Positions 27,113 to 36,983 are shown, counted from the first letter of the stretch. The stretch is DNA of 64,000 nucleotides from an uncultured archaeon (GCA_964551725.1 CAZKED010000002.1:25466-89465); one strand, 5' to 3'. Program-made: numbers and translations. Notes: generated from the sequence alone by a model not told the origin.

Positions 27113-28839
27113 CAGTCCTCACCTTCTTCCTCCCCGAACACTTCCTCGCGGAATTTCTTAATCCTTTCCTTTTTTTTCTTTTTCTTTTCCTCTTCGTGCT
27201 TTTTTTCTTCTTCGGGCTTTTCAAGTCTGAGTTTTGTGAGCACGAGGTACTCAAGTTTTTTCACCATCATTTTTTTGTCGGCTTTTGTCACTTTGTTGAG
27301 CGCTGTTGCTATTTCGGGAATATACTTGTAGAACATGTCGCGCTTCATTTTGTTCTCTATTTCCTTTCTCCTCTCCCTTATATAGTGGGAAGTGCGGCGA
27401 GCGCACTGCATTAGTGCTAGGCGCAGTTCTTCCATTACGTCGTCCTCGTCCGTGATTGCCTGTTTTCCCGCCCCGGTGTAGGGCACGTGCACTGAAGTGA
27501 AGTTCACGAAAATTGTGAGCGGAACATTTTCCAGGTCTCTTACGCCATAGCGTTTCCAGTCAACGCTGTGCACTGCTTTTGTAATGGCGCAGTTTCCGCC
27601 GTCGAAGAGAAGGGGAGCACGGTTCGCGAAACGCATTATTTCCACTTTTGCGTCTATTTCCCCCTCCATTATGTCTTTTGTGGCGTTTCCGGAGGACTCT
27701 CCGTTCGTTCCCCTGCCTGCTTTTCCACCGTATGCGATTCCTATTTCGACTTGGAAGGGGAATCCTCCGGCATACACTTTGGGCGGTCTTGTGAGCGTAT
27801 ACACGAATTCCGGTTCGACTATTGATTCAAGGGACTTTTTTATCCTGCTCTCTCCTATGGGCCTTAACCCGTCGGTGCTCGGGGCAATGAATTCGACCTT
27901 TTTGAATGCTTGGATTATCTGTTCGGCTTCGTCCCATGAAAGCTTTTTGGGGTCCTTGTTGAGGTCGAATTTCACCTGCTTTTGCAGCTTGTCAATGGAC
28001 GTGTCGCCTATTCTCTCAAAGTCCGTTTTGAGGAAGCTTGAAACCTTTCTTCCCGTGGTAGAGCGCCCCATGGTGATTATTTCGTCCACTGTTACGCCGT
28101 TGGGGTGCGGTTTCATCGGCTTGGGAAGCTTTGGAATGTAGGCAGCAGTGCGCTTGAATGTGACTTTTTCCCCCTTGGGTGAAACGAAGGTAATCTGCGC
28201 GTGAGGATTCGCTATTGCTGTCCTGCGTATGTATTCCATGGGCCCTGTTGCCGCTTCCCTGTACATTACGTTCTTGAATTTTGCCTGCACCATGAGCCCG
28301 CGGAATTTTTTCTCCAAATCGCGCATGTTCTCTATTTTGGGCTCGTTCTTTTTCGGGTCAATCGTAATCTCGCACGCAAATGGCTTTCCTTTTTCAGTTC
28401 CCGAAATAACCTTTATCGCCTTCCCCGTTGTCATCTGGGAAAGCATTGTTGCGCCGGAAGCTCCGATCCCCTGCTGGCCCCGCATTTGAATCAAGCGGTG
28501 GAATTTTGTTCCCGCCAAAAGCTGCCCGAGCGCTTTTCCCACCGTCTGTTTTGTCAGACCCGGACCGTTGTCTTTCACCGTGAGCACATAGTATTCCTCG
28601 CCCAGTTCCTCCAGTTTCACGTCGATTTCCGGCAGAATGTGGGCTTCCTCGCAGGCATCCAAGGCGTTGGTCAGATACTCGTGCACCACTGTTGTAAGCG
28701 AGCGCACCTTTCCGTACAATCCGAGCATTTGCCTGTTCTTTTTGAAGAATTCCGCAACGCTGTGCTCTTTGAATTCTTTTGCGAGTTTTTCCCCGCTGAT
28801 GATTCCGTCCGCCATTTTTTCACTATTTCCCTTTCGCAC
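27112..28839 (-). CDS. top6B: DNA topoisomerase VI subunit B (GHKL ATPase), Glu/Lys-rich C-terminal tail
   Basis: Bergerat fold motifs (EYLTNALDA N-box, DNGPG, GQQGIG), transducer domain; 575 aa. Confidence 0.85.
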   Translation of the reverse strand: MRKGNSEKMADGIISGEKLAKEFKEHSVAEFFKKNRQMLGLYGKVRSLTTVVHEYLTNALDACEEAHILPEIDVKLEELGEEYYVLTVKDNGPGLTKQTVGKALGQLLAGTKFHRLIQMRGQQGIGASGATMLSQMTTGKAIKVISGTEKGKPFACEITIDPKKNEPKIENMRDLEKKFRGLMVQAKFKNVMYREAATGPMEYIRRTAIANPHAQITFVSPKGEKVTFKRTAAYIPKLPKPMKPHPNGVTVDEIITMGRSTTGRKVSSFLKTDFERIGDTSIDKLQKQVKFDLNKDPKKLSWDEAEQIIQAFKKVEFIAPSTDGLRPIGESRIKKSLESIVEPEFVYTLTRPPKVYAGGFPFQVEIGIAYGGKAGRGTNGESSGNATKDIMEGEIDAKVEIMRFANRAPLLFDGGNCAITKAVHSVDWKRYGVRDLENVPLTIFVNFTSVHVPYTGAGKQAITDEDDVMEELRLALMQCARRTSHYIRERRKEIENKMKRDMFYKYIPEIATALNKVTKADKKMMVKKLEYLVLTKLRLEKPEEEKKHEEEKKKKKKERIKKFREEVFGEEEGED

Positions 28840-29370
28840 TTACAGTTCGAATTTTTTCTCCGTTAATTTCCTCTTCCTGATGCGCTCGTACACCGTCGCA
28901 ATGTTCGCTCCCTTGAGGAGCATTTCAACTGCTTCCTCGGCGAGCGCTATTTCCTCTATTCCCCCGATTATTGAAATCGTGTTTCCGTGCACTGAAATGT
29001 AGCAGTTTGTTTCCCTTTCAATTTTTTCCCTTACCGTGCCGCTCCTTCCTATAACGCGCGCTTTTTTTTGGTGTATTGCTTTCTCGCTTTTTCCTATTAT
29101 TTCCCTGAGGGAAAGAATTCTGAGCGCGAATTCCTCGTTTGCCAAGAGCAATGCCTTGTTGGGGGAAAAACCGCGTGCAATCGCTTTCACTACGTCCCTT
29201 GCCCTGAATTCCTCGAAATCCTTTTCTGCGGAGATTTCCACTTCCCCGCTTTTTGAATTCACGCTGAGTTTTGCGTTTGTCGCTTCCTCAATCCGCCTCC
29301 TTGTTTTTCCTCCCTCGCCGATAAGCACCCCTATTCTTTCCCTTGGCATTTTTACGGCTTCTTCCTGCAT
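28840..29370 (-). CDS. KH-domain RNA-binding protein, Dim2/Pno1-like (aDim2)
   Basis: Two KH domains (IGVLIGEGGKTRRRIEE...; ...RVIGRSGTVREKIE); stop abuts top6B start; ORF track start 29448, ATG 29370 preferred. Confidence 0.6.
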   Translation of the reverse strand: MQEEAVKMPRERIGVLIGEGGKTRRRIEEATNAKLSVNSKSGEVEISAEKDFEEFRARDVVKAIARGFSPNKALLLANEEFALRILSLREIIGKSEKAIHQKKARVIGRSGTVREKIERETNCYISVHGNTISIIGGIEEIALAEEAVEMLLKGANIATVYERIRKRKLTEKKFEL

Positions 29371-29470
29371 TGAAATCCCTTGCGCGCATCCGCTATTAAA
29401 AAAAAGACCAAAAGATTTAAAAATTGAAATATGCGTTTTTTTGGGCAAAAGACTTCAAAATTATGCACTT

Positions 29471-30229
29471 TCAGATTTTCCCCTTGAGGGCTTTTACCTC
29501 GGCTTTTAGCTCTTCGGTGCCCACTTTTTCGCCTGTTTTGGAGAGGTAATTTGCGATGTTTTCCAGGTCCCGCTGGAAAAACCGCTCTGCGCTGGGATGC
29601 GTTGTGAGAACTGCCTGCGCACAATCAATTATTACTGGTTCGCCGTTGAAATTGAGAATGTTGTACTCGGAAAGGTCCGCGTGCACTAACTCTGCACAAA
29701 AAACCATTCTCGCCAGTGCTTCGACAATCATTTTCCTCAGGAGCACGGCGTCTATCGCAGATTCTTTGAGGGTTTTCGCTGCCGTTTTTCCCCCGATGAA
29801 TTCCATTACCAGAACGTTTTCGTGGAATGCCAATGGCATGGGCACCCTTATCCCGGCTTCTGTGAACTTTTCCAGGTTTTTGAATTCCTTGCGAGTCCAC
29901 TGGTAAATTAGTTCCCTGCGGGACTTTTTCACTTTTTTGAAGCGCAAGTCGCCTTCAATGTACGCGCGCATGTGCTTGAATTTGCTCGTTTCAATCTTGT
30001 AAATTTTCACCGCCCGCGGGTTTCCCGCGGGGTCGGCAGCGCGGAAAACCTGGGCTTCCTTGCCGGCATTCACCAAGTGCTCCAGCGCGTCAATGTATCC
30101 ACGCTGCGCGAGCACGTGCACTGCTTTGACGGTGCGCTCGTCGAAAACTTCGCCGAACACCTTGCGGACAGCTTCGCCGCGGAAGTGCTCCATTTTTTCC
30201 GCGTGCTCCCCGCTTTTTCGCCCTGCCAT
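29471..30229 (-). CDS. rio1: RIO-type serine/threonine protein kinase Rio1
   Basis: RIO domain: VKIYK (Lys), LVHADLSEYNIL catalytic loop, IIDCAQAV metal-binding; start at MAGRK (30229) rather than ORF-track 30349. Confidence 0.7.
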   Translation of the reverse strand: MAGRKSGEHAEKMEHFRGEAVRKVFGEVFDERTVKAVHVLAQRGYIDALEHLVNAGKEAQVFRAADPAGNPRAVKIYKIETSKFKHMRAYIEGDLRFKKVKKSRRELIYQWTRKEFKNLEKFTEAGIRVPMPLAFHENVLVMEFIGGKTAAKTLKESAIDAVLLRKMIVEALARMVFCAELVHADLSEYNILNFNGEPVIIDCAQAVLTTHPSAERFFQRDLENIANYLSKTGEKVGTEELKAEVKALKGKI

Positions 30230-30275
30230 GAAAAAAATAGTAATGGAAAGGATTTTTTTACCCTTTCTTTTGCGT

Positions 30276-30611
30276 TTAAACAGGCAGTCCTTTGAGGAAC
30301 CCCTTTCTTGCAAGATAGTTTTTCTGCCCGCCCAGATATCTCCAGACAATGTCGGCTTTGCTGGGCTGGAAGTCCCACACCTTGATTATTATGAGGTCTC
30401 CTTCCCTTATCCAGACCCTTTTCCTCATCTTTCCGGTTATTCTGCAGTTCCGCTCCGTGCCGTCCTGGCATGTTGCCCTCACTTGGTCTGTGCCGTGCAT
30501 TTTTGTCACTATTGCGAACTGCTCGTTGTCCCTTTCCCTGGGCATTCTCAGTCTTCTCGGTGAATCCTCTTCCGAGTATTCCCTGTTGAAGTTCTTTTTT
30601 TTCCTCCTCAT
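30276..30611 (-). CDS. Translation initiation factor 1A (aIF-1A)
   Basis: OB-fold S1-like pattern EQFAIVTKMHG...RATC.DG..R.CRI.GKMRKRVWI..GD.I aligns with eIF1A; start chosen at MRRKKK. Confidence 0.75.
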   Translation of the reverse strand: MRRKKKNFNREYSEEDSPRRLRMPRERDNEQFAIVTKMHGTDQVRATCQDGTERNCRITGKMRKRVWIREGDLIIIKVWDFQPSKADIVWRYLGGQKNYLARKGFLKGLPV

Positions 30612-30615
30612 CCCG

Positions 30616-30906
30616 TCAAACCCTGTAAATCTGAGCGTGAGGAACTCCCGCAATCTTAATTATGTCCCTCTCGCTTATTAAACCTTTCTTCAATGCTGCC
30701 GCAACAACTTTTTCTCCGAGGAGATTTATGTTCGAGTGCTCTTCCATCAGAGAGAGCAGTTCTTTTTCGGTTACTGCCGAGCCCTTGTAGAATGCTTCGC
30801 TCACCCTGAAGTCAAGTTCGCCCTTTTTAAGCGTTTTCCCGAGGAGAACGCTGTCGCATGCCGCGAGAACGCTTTTTCCCTGCAGTGAATGGATTTTGCA
30901 GTGCAC
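30616..30906 (-). CDS. Conserved hypothetical small protein within aIF2beta-aIF1A operon
   Basis: 97 aa from GTG 2 nt after aIF2beta stop (ORF track gives 30948 overlapping); no motif recognised. Confidence 0.35.
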   Translation of the reverse strand: MHCKIHSLQGKSVLAACDSVLLGKTLKKGELDFRVSEAFYKGSAVTEKELLSLMEEHSNINLLGEKVVAAALKKGLISERDIIKIAGVPHAQIYRV

Positions 30907-30908
30907 TT

Positions 30909-31310
30909 TTATTCCCTCACCGCTGAGAGCGCGCCGCAGGCCTCGCATTTAAGCATTTTGATGCCTTTGTGCTCTGTCATTTTTGTGTCGGGTCTCCGGC
31001 ACTCGTGGCATAAAACGAATTTTTCTAGGTATCCGTTGATGAGGTTCTGTATTTCCTTCTGGGAAAACCTTCCCTTCAGAATCAGGCGCTCCGAATCAAT
31101 GTTTGCAAACGTTCCCGTCTGCTTTGTAATGTATTTCAGGGCGTGCTTTTCGTCCCTGTTGATTGTTTTCATTATTTTCACGAAATTGCTTACAACCGTG
31201 CGGTTGCCCTGTGAAAGGCTTTTTGCAACGGGCATTTCAAACCTTTCCTTGTGCAGTGTTTTTTCCGGCAAATTCTTGTAGAGTTTGTCCAGTGCCTGTT
31301 CATACTTCAA
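30909..31310 (-). CDS. Translation initiation factor 2 beta subunit (aIF2-beta)
   Basis: Helix-turn-helix core and C-terminal C4 zinc ribbon (CHECRRPDT...KCEACG) diagnostic of e/aIF2-beta. Confidence 0.8.
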   Translation of the reverse strand: MKYEQALDKLYKNLPEKTLHKERFEMPVAKSLSQGNRTVVSNFVKIMKTINRDEKHALKYITKQTGTFANIDSERLILKGRFSQKEIQNLINGYLEKFVLCHECRRPDTKMTEHKGIKMLKCEACGALSAVRE

Positions 31311-31858
31311 TCAATCACCTTCCTTTCCACGGTGAGCTCGCTTGCTCTCGTAAATCCGCCAAGCTCTTCGCCTTCCTCTTTTTCTTTTTCCCTGCGGGTT
31401 TTTCCTTCTTTCCTTTTGCTCCCTTTTTCCCCGGCTTTCTTCTTTTTTCCTTTTGCGTGTTTCCTTGCACTTACTGATTTCAGCACTTCAAGTCTTTTAA
31501 GCATTTCTTCCTCGAAAGAGAGCTTTTGGATTCCCTCGAGCGCAATGAATACGCCCCTGTTTCCTTCGCGCGGCTTTCCCACGACGCTCACCACGTCGCC
31601 CTCTCGCACGTTTTCCAGCAGTGCGCGTTCTTCCCCGAACGCGAGCACGTCCATTGCAGCGGAAAAGTCGTCAATTGAAATGCTTGAAAGTTGTTCCGAG
31701 CTGAACGTGCGGACGCAGTTGCCCCAGCAGTTCACCCTTGAAATTTTTTCCCCGCTTTCAAGCGTTGCATAGTTCGGCTCGAACTCGCCCTCGCTTTTGA
31801 AATAGCGCGCTTTTTCCAGTTCTCCGAGCGTTACCCTTTTTGCAACCGCGGTTTTCAA
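31307..31858 (-). CDS. OB-fold nucleic-acid-binding protein (RPA-like) with Lys-rich C-terminal tail
   Basis: Central beta-rich OB-like segment (ISRVNCWGNCVRTF...GDVVSVVGKPRE..GVFIALEGI); stop overlaps aIF2beta start (ATGA). Confidence 0.35.
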   Translation of the reverse strand: MKTAVAKRVTLGELEKARYFKSEGEFEPNYATLESGEKISRVNCWGNCVRTFSSEQLSSISIDDFSAAMDVLAFGEERALLENVREGDVVSVVGKPREGNRGVFIALEGIQKLSFEEEMLKRLEVLKSVSARKHAKGKKKKAGEKGSKRKEGKTRREKEKEEGEELGGFTRASELTVERKVID

Positions 31859-31902
31859 TTTAAAGCCCCCATAGAATTAATAATTACTTAAGTTATAAAA
31901 GG

Positions 31903-32553
31903 GTGTGGTGCAATAATTGTGAACGGTTGAACGGAATGGAACTGCCGGCTTTTTTGCAGGAAGAGGAATTAACCCCGAAAAAAATGCTCGCAATAGCCGC
32001 AATCGTGGTTTTTTTCGTGGCGGTTGTGGCTTACCTTTTCTATTTCAAGCCAGGGCTGCTGCACGAACTCCTTGTCAGTTACGGTCCCTTAGGGCTTTTT
32101 GTGGGCGCAATTGCGGCGAATGCGACAATACTGCTCCCGCTGCCCATTGACATCTTGGTTTTTGCTGTCGGCGGCGAGTCCTTTTTTGGCTTGGGCGCGT
32201 TTGACCCTTTTGTTTTGGGGGTTTTGGTGGGAATTGGTTCCGCGATAGGCGAAATGAGCGGCTACATACTGGGCGTGCTAGGAATAAAGAACATAGAAAA
32301 AATGAAAAAGCACGAGATTGAAAGGGTTAAAAGATTGAAGAGGCGGATTTCGAAATACGGGATGTTGATAATCGCTTTAGCCGCTCTCACACCGTTTCCG
32401 TTCGACCTGGTGGGAATTGCCGCTGGACTGGTAAAATTCAATCCCAGGAAATTCTTCACAGCCTGCGCGATAGGAAAAGGGATGCGTTACGTGCTGATTG
32501 CTTACGCCGGCGCTGTTTCCATTCCCGCCGTAAAAATAATTTTCGGTCTCTGA
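31903..32553 (+). CDS. DedA/VTT (SNARE-associated, YqaA-like) family membrane protein
   Basis: Polytopic membrane protein with G-rich re-entrant-like segments (FAVGGESFFGLGAF; GSAIGEMSGYILG) typical of DedA/Tvp38 family. Confidence 0.45.
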   Translation: MWCNNCERLNGMELPAFLQEEELTPKKMLAIAAIVVFFVAVVAYLFYFKPGLLHELLVSYGPLGLFVGAIAANATILLPLPIDILVFAVGGESFFGLGAFDPFVLGVLVGIGSAIGEMSGYILGVLGIKNIEKMKKHEIERVKRLKRRISKYGMLIIALAALTPFPFDLVGIAAGLVKFNPRKFFTACAIGKGMRYVLIAYAGAVSIPAVKIIFGL

Positions 32554-32587
32554 TTTTACTGCACAGGAGCGTTGCGCGCTCCGGGGT

Positions 32588-33466
32588 TCACCCGACAAAA
32601 AAGAGCCACATCGTCAGCCATGCCGCAACCATGAAAAGCGTTTGCAGGGGGAGCGCGGGCAACGCAATGCGCTTTTTCGCGCAGTATTCCAGCGTGAGCA
32701 GCAGCCCCAGCAGGGATGCAACAAGGACCGCGAGGCTGGGGAGGAAGAATGCCGGAAATTCGACCCTCAATGCGGAATACTTCAGTGCCGCGGTAGCGAA
32801 AACAAGCGGGATCACCATGTCTCCAGTTCCCAACTGGAAAGCGTGCTTTTTTGTGGGCAGCGTAAAAGTGAAAGCCAGGTTCTGCGAGGTAATCGCCTGA
32901 GCCATTTTCACCATGTGTTTTGTGCCAAAAACAGCGATAATGTCATAAAGCGCGAGCACTGAAATAAACACTAACACTGGCAGAATGCCCAGGCTCACCC
33001 CGAGCACAGAGCCGACGCCCGCAACGGCGAGAACGCTTGTAGCGTTCTTCAGCCATATGTTTTCCTTCAGCGCGAGCCTTGCCGCGATAATGAGCACAGC
33101 GAACATGAAAGCTGTTCCTCCCAAAAAAGGCGACAGCACTATCATCGAGGTTCCGAAAACAGCGCCTATTTCAAACAGTCGGAGGAAAACCCCGAAAAAC
33201 CTCGGCTTGAAAAAAGTTATCGCAACGAGCACTATTGCGGTTACGACCAAAATGTAAATGATAAGCCCCACGGCGTTTTCTATGTCCTCGGGGTTGTCGG
33301 TTACTATGTGGGCTTCAACGCCCTGCTCTATTAAATTTGAGGCAACGTGCAGTCCGAGCAACTGCGTTACCACAAACAATGCAACCAGCTGGAAGAGCAA
33401 CAGCTTGTTCATTAAAGGATTGTTGCTGAATGTGTTTTTAACCCTTTTCCAGAACACTTTTTTCAA
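32588..33466 (-). CDS. Presenilin/signal-peptide-peptidase-like intramembrane aspartyl protease (GxGD family, A22)
   Basis: YD motif (LALYDIIAVFG), GxGD motif (QLGTGDMVIPLVF), PAL motif (ALPALPLQ) in correct order within 9-TM protein. Confidence 0.7.
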   Translation of the reverse strand: MKKVFWKRVKNTFSNNPLMNKLLLFQLVALFVVTQLLGLHVASNLIEQGVEAHIVTDNPEDIENAVGLIIYILVVTAIVLVAITFFKPRFFGVFLRLFEIGAVFGTSMIVLSPFLGGTAFMFAVLIIAARLALKENIWLKNATSVLAVAGVGSVLGVSLGILPVLVFISVLALYDIIAVFGTKHMVKMAQAITSQNLAFTFTLPTKKHAFQLGTGDMVIPLVFATAALKYSALRVEFPAFFLPSLAVLVASLLGLLLTLEYCAKKRIALPALPLQTLFMVAAWLTMWLFFVG

Positions 33467-33837
33467 TGGAGCAAAAGAAAAAAAACAGGAGTGCCGGGCA
33501 AAAAGTGAAGCCCTCTCGGAGGCGGAAAAAGCGCTACATTAAATTTGCGCTTGAATGCCGCGAGCCCCTTTCCAAGAGGGATGCGGAAACCGCTATCTCA
33601 AGGCTTTTTTTCTCGGTTTTCGGTCCAAAGGGGCTGGTTGAGATTTCACCAAAACTCATAGAGTTCTCCCAGGGAGAGAATGCCGGAATAATCCGTTGCA
33701 GCCGCGCGGAACTGCAAAAAGCCGAAAAGGGCATTCTCTCCCTCAAAAAAGTGAAATCCTGCAGCGTTAAACCCAGGATTCTGGCGGAGAGCGGCACGCT
33801 GAAATCGGTGCGCAGAGCAGGCAGGCAAAGCATTTAA
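33466..33837 (+). CDS. rnp2: RNase P protein component Pop5 (Rnp2)
   Basis: KKRYIKFAL...GIIRC...L..V...SGTLK pattern of archaeal Pop5; first gene of exosome superoperon. Confidence 0.65.
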   Translation: MEQKKKNRSAGQKVKPSRRRKKRYIKFALECREPLSKRDAETAISRLFFSVFGPKGLVEISPKLIEFSQGENAGIIRCSRAELQKAEKGILSLKKVKSCSVKPRILAESGTLKSVRRAGRQSI

Positions 33838-33899
33838 ATGGTTTCGCAGTATAATTCCTTGATTTAATATACAGCTGTTTTAGTGTAATTTTTTGAGAG

Positions 33900-34634
33900 G
33901 TGGATTTTTTGATTCCCGGCGCGAGTCCCAGAAGCACCGCCTATGACCGCGTTGCAACAATGTTTTCCCCAAAAGGACGCCTGTACCAGGTTGAATACGC
34001 CTCAAAAATAGTGGAACAGGGCACTTTGGGCATCGGACTGGTTTACAAAAAGGGAGTTATTTTGGGAGCCAACAAAAACATTCCCACAAAACTCGTGATA
34101 GCGCCCTCCATTGAAAAACTTTTCAAGGTTGACGCGCACATAGGGGCGATAAGCTCAGGGCTGGTTGGAGACGCAAGAAGGCTTGTAAGGATTGCAAGGG
34201 AAAAAGCACAGGAGAACTCAATGTATTACGAGGAAAAAATTGAAGTGGAAACGCTTGTAAAAGAACTCGCCGGAATAAAACAGGTTTTCACCCAGTACGC
34301 GGGAATGCGGCCCTTCGGGGTCAGCTTCATAATAGGCGGAGTTGACTTCAAGGGAAAGCACGTGTTTGAAACAGAGCCGAGCGGCGCACTGGCGGAATAC
34401 AAGGCAATAGCCATAGGAAAGGGAAAAAAGCAGGCAATGGAGCTTCTTGAAAAAAAATACAACGAAAAAGCGGGACTCGAAGAAGGAATAAAACTGGCAT
34501 ATGAAGCAGTAAAGCATTCACTGGAAAAAAAAGAGCCTTTTTCAATAAACAATCTGGACTTTGCATTCATAGAAGAGGGAAAGGAATTCGAAAGAATTCC
34601 CGTGAAGAAACTAAAGTCTATTTTAGGGAAATAA
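33900..34634 (+). CDS. psmA: Proteasome subunit alpha
   Basis: YDRVATMFSPKGRLYQVEYA alpha-subunit N-terminal signature; GTG (or TTG 33909) start. Confidence 0.9.
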   Translation: MDFLIPGASPRSTAYDRVATMFSPKGRLYQVEYASKIVEQGTLGIGLVYKKGVILGANKNIPTKLVIAPSIEKLFKVDAHIGAISSGLVGDARRLVRIAREKAQENSMYYEEKIEVETLVKELAGIKQVFTQYAGMRPFGVSFIIGGVDFKGKHVFETEPSGALAEYKAIAIGKGKKQAMELLEKKYNEKAGLEEGIKLAYEAVKHSLEKKEPFSINNLDFAFIEEGKEFERIPVKKLKSILGK

Positions 34635-34683
34635 GCGCGCAGCGCGCGAAAGAGAAAAAGGCCGAACCGGAAAAGGTGTCAAA

Positions 34684-35379
34684 ATGGTAAAGCTGGAGGA
34701 CGCGGTTACAGCAAGGTACTCTTTCGAAAACGAAAAATTCGAAGTGCTCGTCGACCCCGACCTGGCGCTGGAACTCAAAAAAGGAAAAAAAGTGGACCTG
34801 AACGAACTTCTCGCCACAGACACGGTTTTCAAAGACGCAGGTCAGGGCGAAGAGCAGTCGGAAAAAGCAGTGAACAAGGCGTTCGGCACAACAAAGCCGG
34901 AGGAAGTGGCAAAACAGATAATACTCAAGGGCAGCGTGCAGCTGACAACCGAACAGCGCAGGGAAATGCGCGGGAAAAGAAGGCGCGAAATAATACAGAT
35001 AATTACAACAAACGCAATCAACCCCCAGACCAACGCGCCGCATCCGGTGCAGCGCATTGAGAACGCGCTCGACGAAATAAACCCCGAAATAGACCCCGTG
35101 AAGCCGGCGCAGGACCACGTTCCAGCAATACTCAAGGAACTGAAGAAAAAAATCCCGATTTCGTTCGAAAAACTGGAAATGGCGGTGAAAATTCCCGCGC
35201 AGTTCAGCGGAAAAGCACAGCCGGCACTGCACCAGTTCAAGCTGAAAAAGGAGGAATGGCAGAACGACGGCTCGCTTATCGCGGTTGTGGAAATTCCCGC
35301 GGGGTTGAAGAATGAACTACTGAACAAGGTAAACAGTTTAACGCACGGAAAATGCGAGGTTAAAGTATTGAATGAGTAA
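34684..35379 (+). CDS. sdo1: SBDS family ribosome maturation protein (Shwachman-Bodian-Diamond homolog)
   Basis: VKLEDAVTARYSFENEKFEVLVDPD FYSH-domain start typical of SBDS. Confidence 0.8.
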   Translation: MVKLEDAVTARYSFENEKFEVLVDPDLALELKKGKKVDLNELLATDTVFKDAGQGEEQSEKAVNKAFGTTKPEEVAKQIILKGSVQLTTEQRREMRGKRRREIIQIITTNAINPQTNAPHPVQRIENALDEINPEIDPVKPAQDHVPAILKELKKKIPISFEKLEMAVKIPAQFSGKAQPALHQFKLKKEEWQNDGSLIAVVEIPAGLKNELLNKVNSLTHGKCEVKVLNE

Positions 35380-35411
35380 GGCATTCCACGAATGCCTTTT
35401 ACGGAGGGAAA

Positions 35412-36062
35412 TTGATGAACAGAAAAGTTGTTGTTCCCGGTGAGCTTGTTTCCGGGGAGAGAAAAAAAATAGGAAGGCACGTTTTCGTCGACGAGGGAAA
35501 AATCTATTCCGATTCCCTCGGTCTGGCGGACGCCGAAGGAGAATACGCAAACGTGATCCCCCTGCAGGGAAAATACATGCCCCACACAGGCGACCTGATA
35601 GTGGGAATAATCCGCTCTGAGGAATTTTCGGGATACGTGGTGGACATAAACTCGTTCTACACCTCGTTCCTTCCCAAGGAAAAGCTCAGAAAGCCCCTTA
35701 AAAAAGGGGATATCATTTCCGCAAAGATAAGCTATGTGGACGAAATAAACGAAGCCGAGCTTGAAAACGTGCGCGTTTTTTACGGCGGGGAAATTGTGGA
35801 CGTTGCACCGGTAAAAGTGCCGAGAATAATAGGAAAAAACGGGAGCATGCTCAACGTTTTGAAGCAGGGCACGGACTCCGCGCTGATGGCGGGAAGGAAC
35901 GGAAGAGTCTGGATAAAAGGCGGAAATGTAATCCTGCTCAAAAAGGCTCTCGACAAAATAGAGGAAGAAGCGCATTTAAGCAATTTAACCAACAGAATGC
36001 AGCAGTTCCTCGCAGAGGAAAACACCAAGGAAAAACAAAATGTTAATACTGGAGGAATGTAA
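35412..36062 (+). CDS. rrp4: Exosome complex RNA-binding subunit Rrp4 (S1 + KH)
   Basis: N-terminal domain VVPGE, S1 domain (GDLIVGII...), KH domain (RIIGKNGSMLNVL). Confidence 0.8.
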   Translation: MMNRKVVVPGELVSGERKKIGRHVFVDEGKIYSDSLGLADAEGEYANVIPLQGKYMPHTGDLIVGIIRSEEFSGYVVDINSFYTSFLPKEKLRKPLKKGDIISAKISYVDEINEAELENVRVFYGGEIVDVAPVKVPRIIGKNGSMLNVLKQGTDSALMAGRNGRVWIKGGNVILLKKALDKIEEEAHLSNLTNRMQQFLAEENTKEKQNVNTGGM

Positions 36063-36983
36063 ATGGAAGAAACAGTATATGTGAACGAAAAGGGAGAAAG
36101 GCTCGACGGAAGAAAAGTTGACGAATTAAGACCAATAAAAATCGTTCCCTCGGTTCTGAGCAGGGCGGAGGGCTCCTGCTATATTGAATGGGGTCAGAAC
36201 AAAGCCATTGCGGGAGTTTACGGTCCAAGGGAAGCATTACCGCAGCACATTCAGGACCCGACCAAAGCGCTTGTGGACTTTGTGTACAGAATGGCGACAT
36301 TCTCTGTTCCTGACAGGAAAAGCCCGAGACCGGGCCGTAGGGACATAGAAATCTCAAAAGTATGCGGAGAGGCGCTCGCAAGGGCAATTTTCCTGGAGAG
36401 GTTTCCCAACACAACAATAGACATATACGTGCAGATTTTCGACAGCAATGCAGGCACCCGAATAACCGCCCTGACTGCAGCGAGCGTAGCTTTGGCTGAC
36501 GCGGGAATTCCCATGCGCGACCTCGTGTGCGGCGTTTCCGTCGGAAAAGCGGGAGGAAAAATAATCCTCGACCTGAACAAGGAGGAGGAAGACGCGCCTG
36601 ACGCGGTTGACCTGCCGATTGCAATGCTTCCGAGAACGAAGGAAATAGTTCTCCTTCAAATGGACGGTCTGCTTAAAAAAGAGGAATGGCAGCAGGCATA
36701 CAGCCTTGCGGTAAAAGGCTGTGAGGAAATCTACAAAAAGCAGGTGGAAGCTTTAAAGAAAAAATACAAGGCAAAGGAAGAACCGCAGGAAGCGGCGCCC
36801 GCGGAAAGCCGGGAAAAACCCCAAGAAAAGCCCCAGGAAAAATCCCAGGAAGAGGAAAAAATAAAAAAGGAAAGAGTCGAGGAAATAAAAAAAGAAATGG
36901 AAGCGCAGATAAAGGAAATAAAGGAAAAGAAAAAGCCGAAAATCGAAGAGTTGCACCTCGGCGAGGGAGGCGATAACCAATGA
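36063..36983 (+). CDS. rrp41: Exosome complex exonuclease Rrp41 (RNase PH-like) with ~70-aa charged C-terminal extension
   Basis: RNase PH domain (RxDGR, LPRT..., MDG phosphate-binding region); tail KEEPQEAAPAESREKPQEKPQEK... Confidence 0.85.
   Translation: MEETVYVNEKGERLDGRKVDELRPIKIVPSVLSRAEGSCYIEWGQNKAIAGVYGPREALPQHIQDPTKALVDFVYRMATFSVPDRKSPRPGRRDIEISKVCGEALARAIFLERFPNTTIDIYVQIFDSNAGTRITALTAASVALADAGIPMRDLVCGVSVGKAGGKIILDLNKEEEDAPDAVDLPIAMLPRTKEIVLLQMDGLLKKEEWQQAYSLAVKGCEEIYKKQVEALKKKYKAKEEPQEAAPAESREKPQEKPQEKSQEEEKIKKERVEEIKKEMEAQIKEIKEKKKPKIEELHLGEGGDNQ

Noticed and set aside
34842-35975. 377-aa minus-strand ORF spanning SBDS and Rrp4
   Set aside because: It is antisense to two well-supported conserved genes. 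Its Phe/Ser-rich composition is typical of a reverse-frame artefact.
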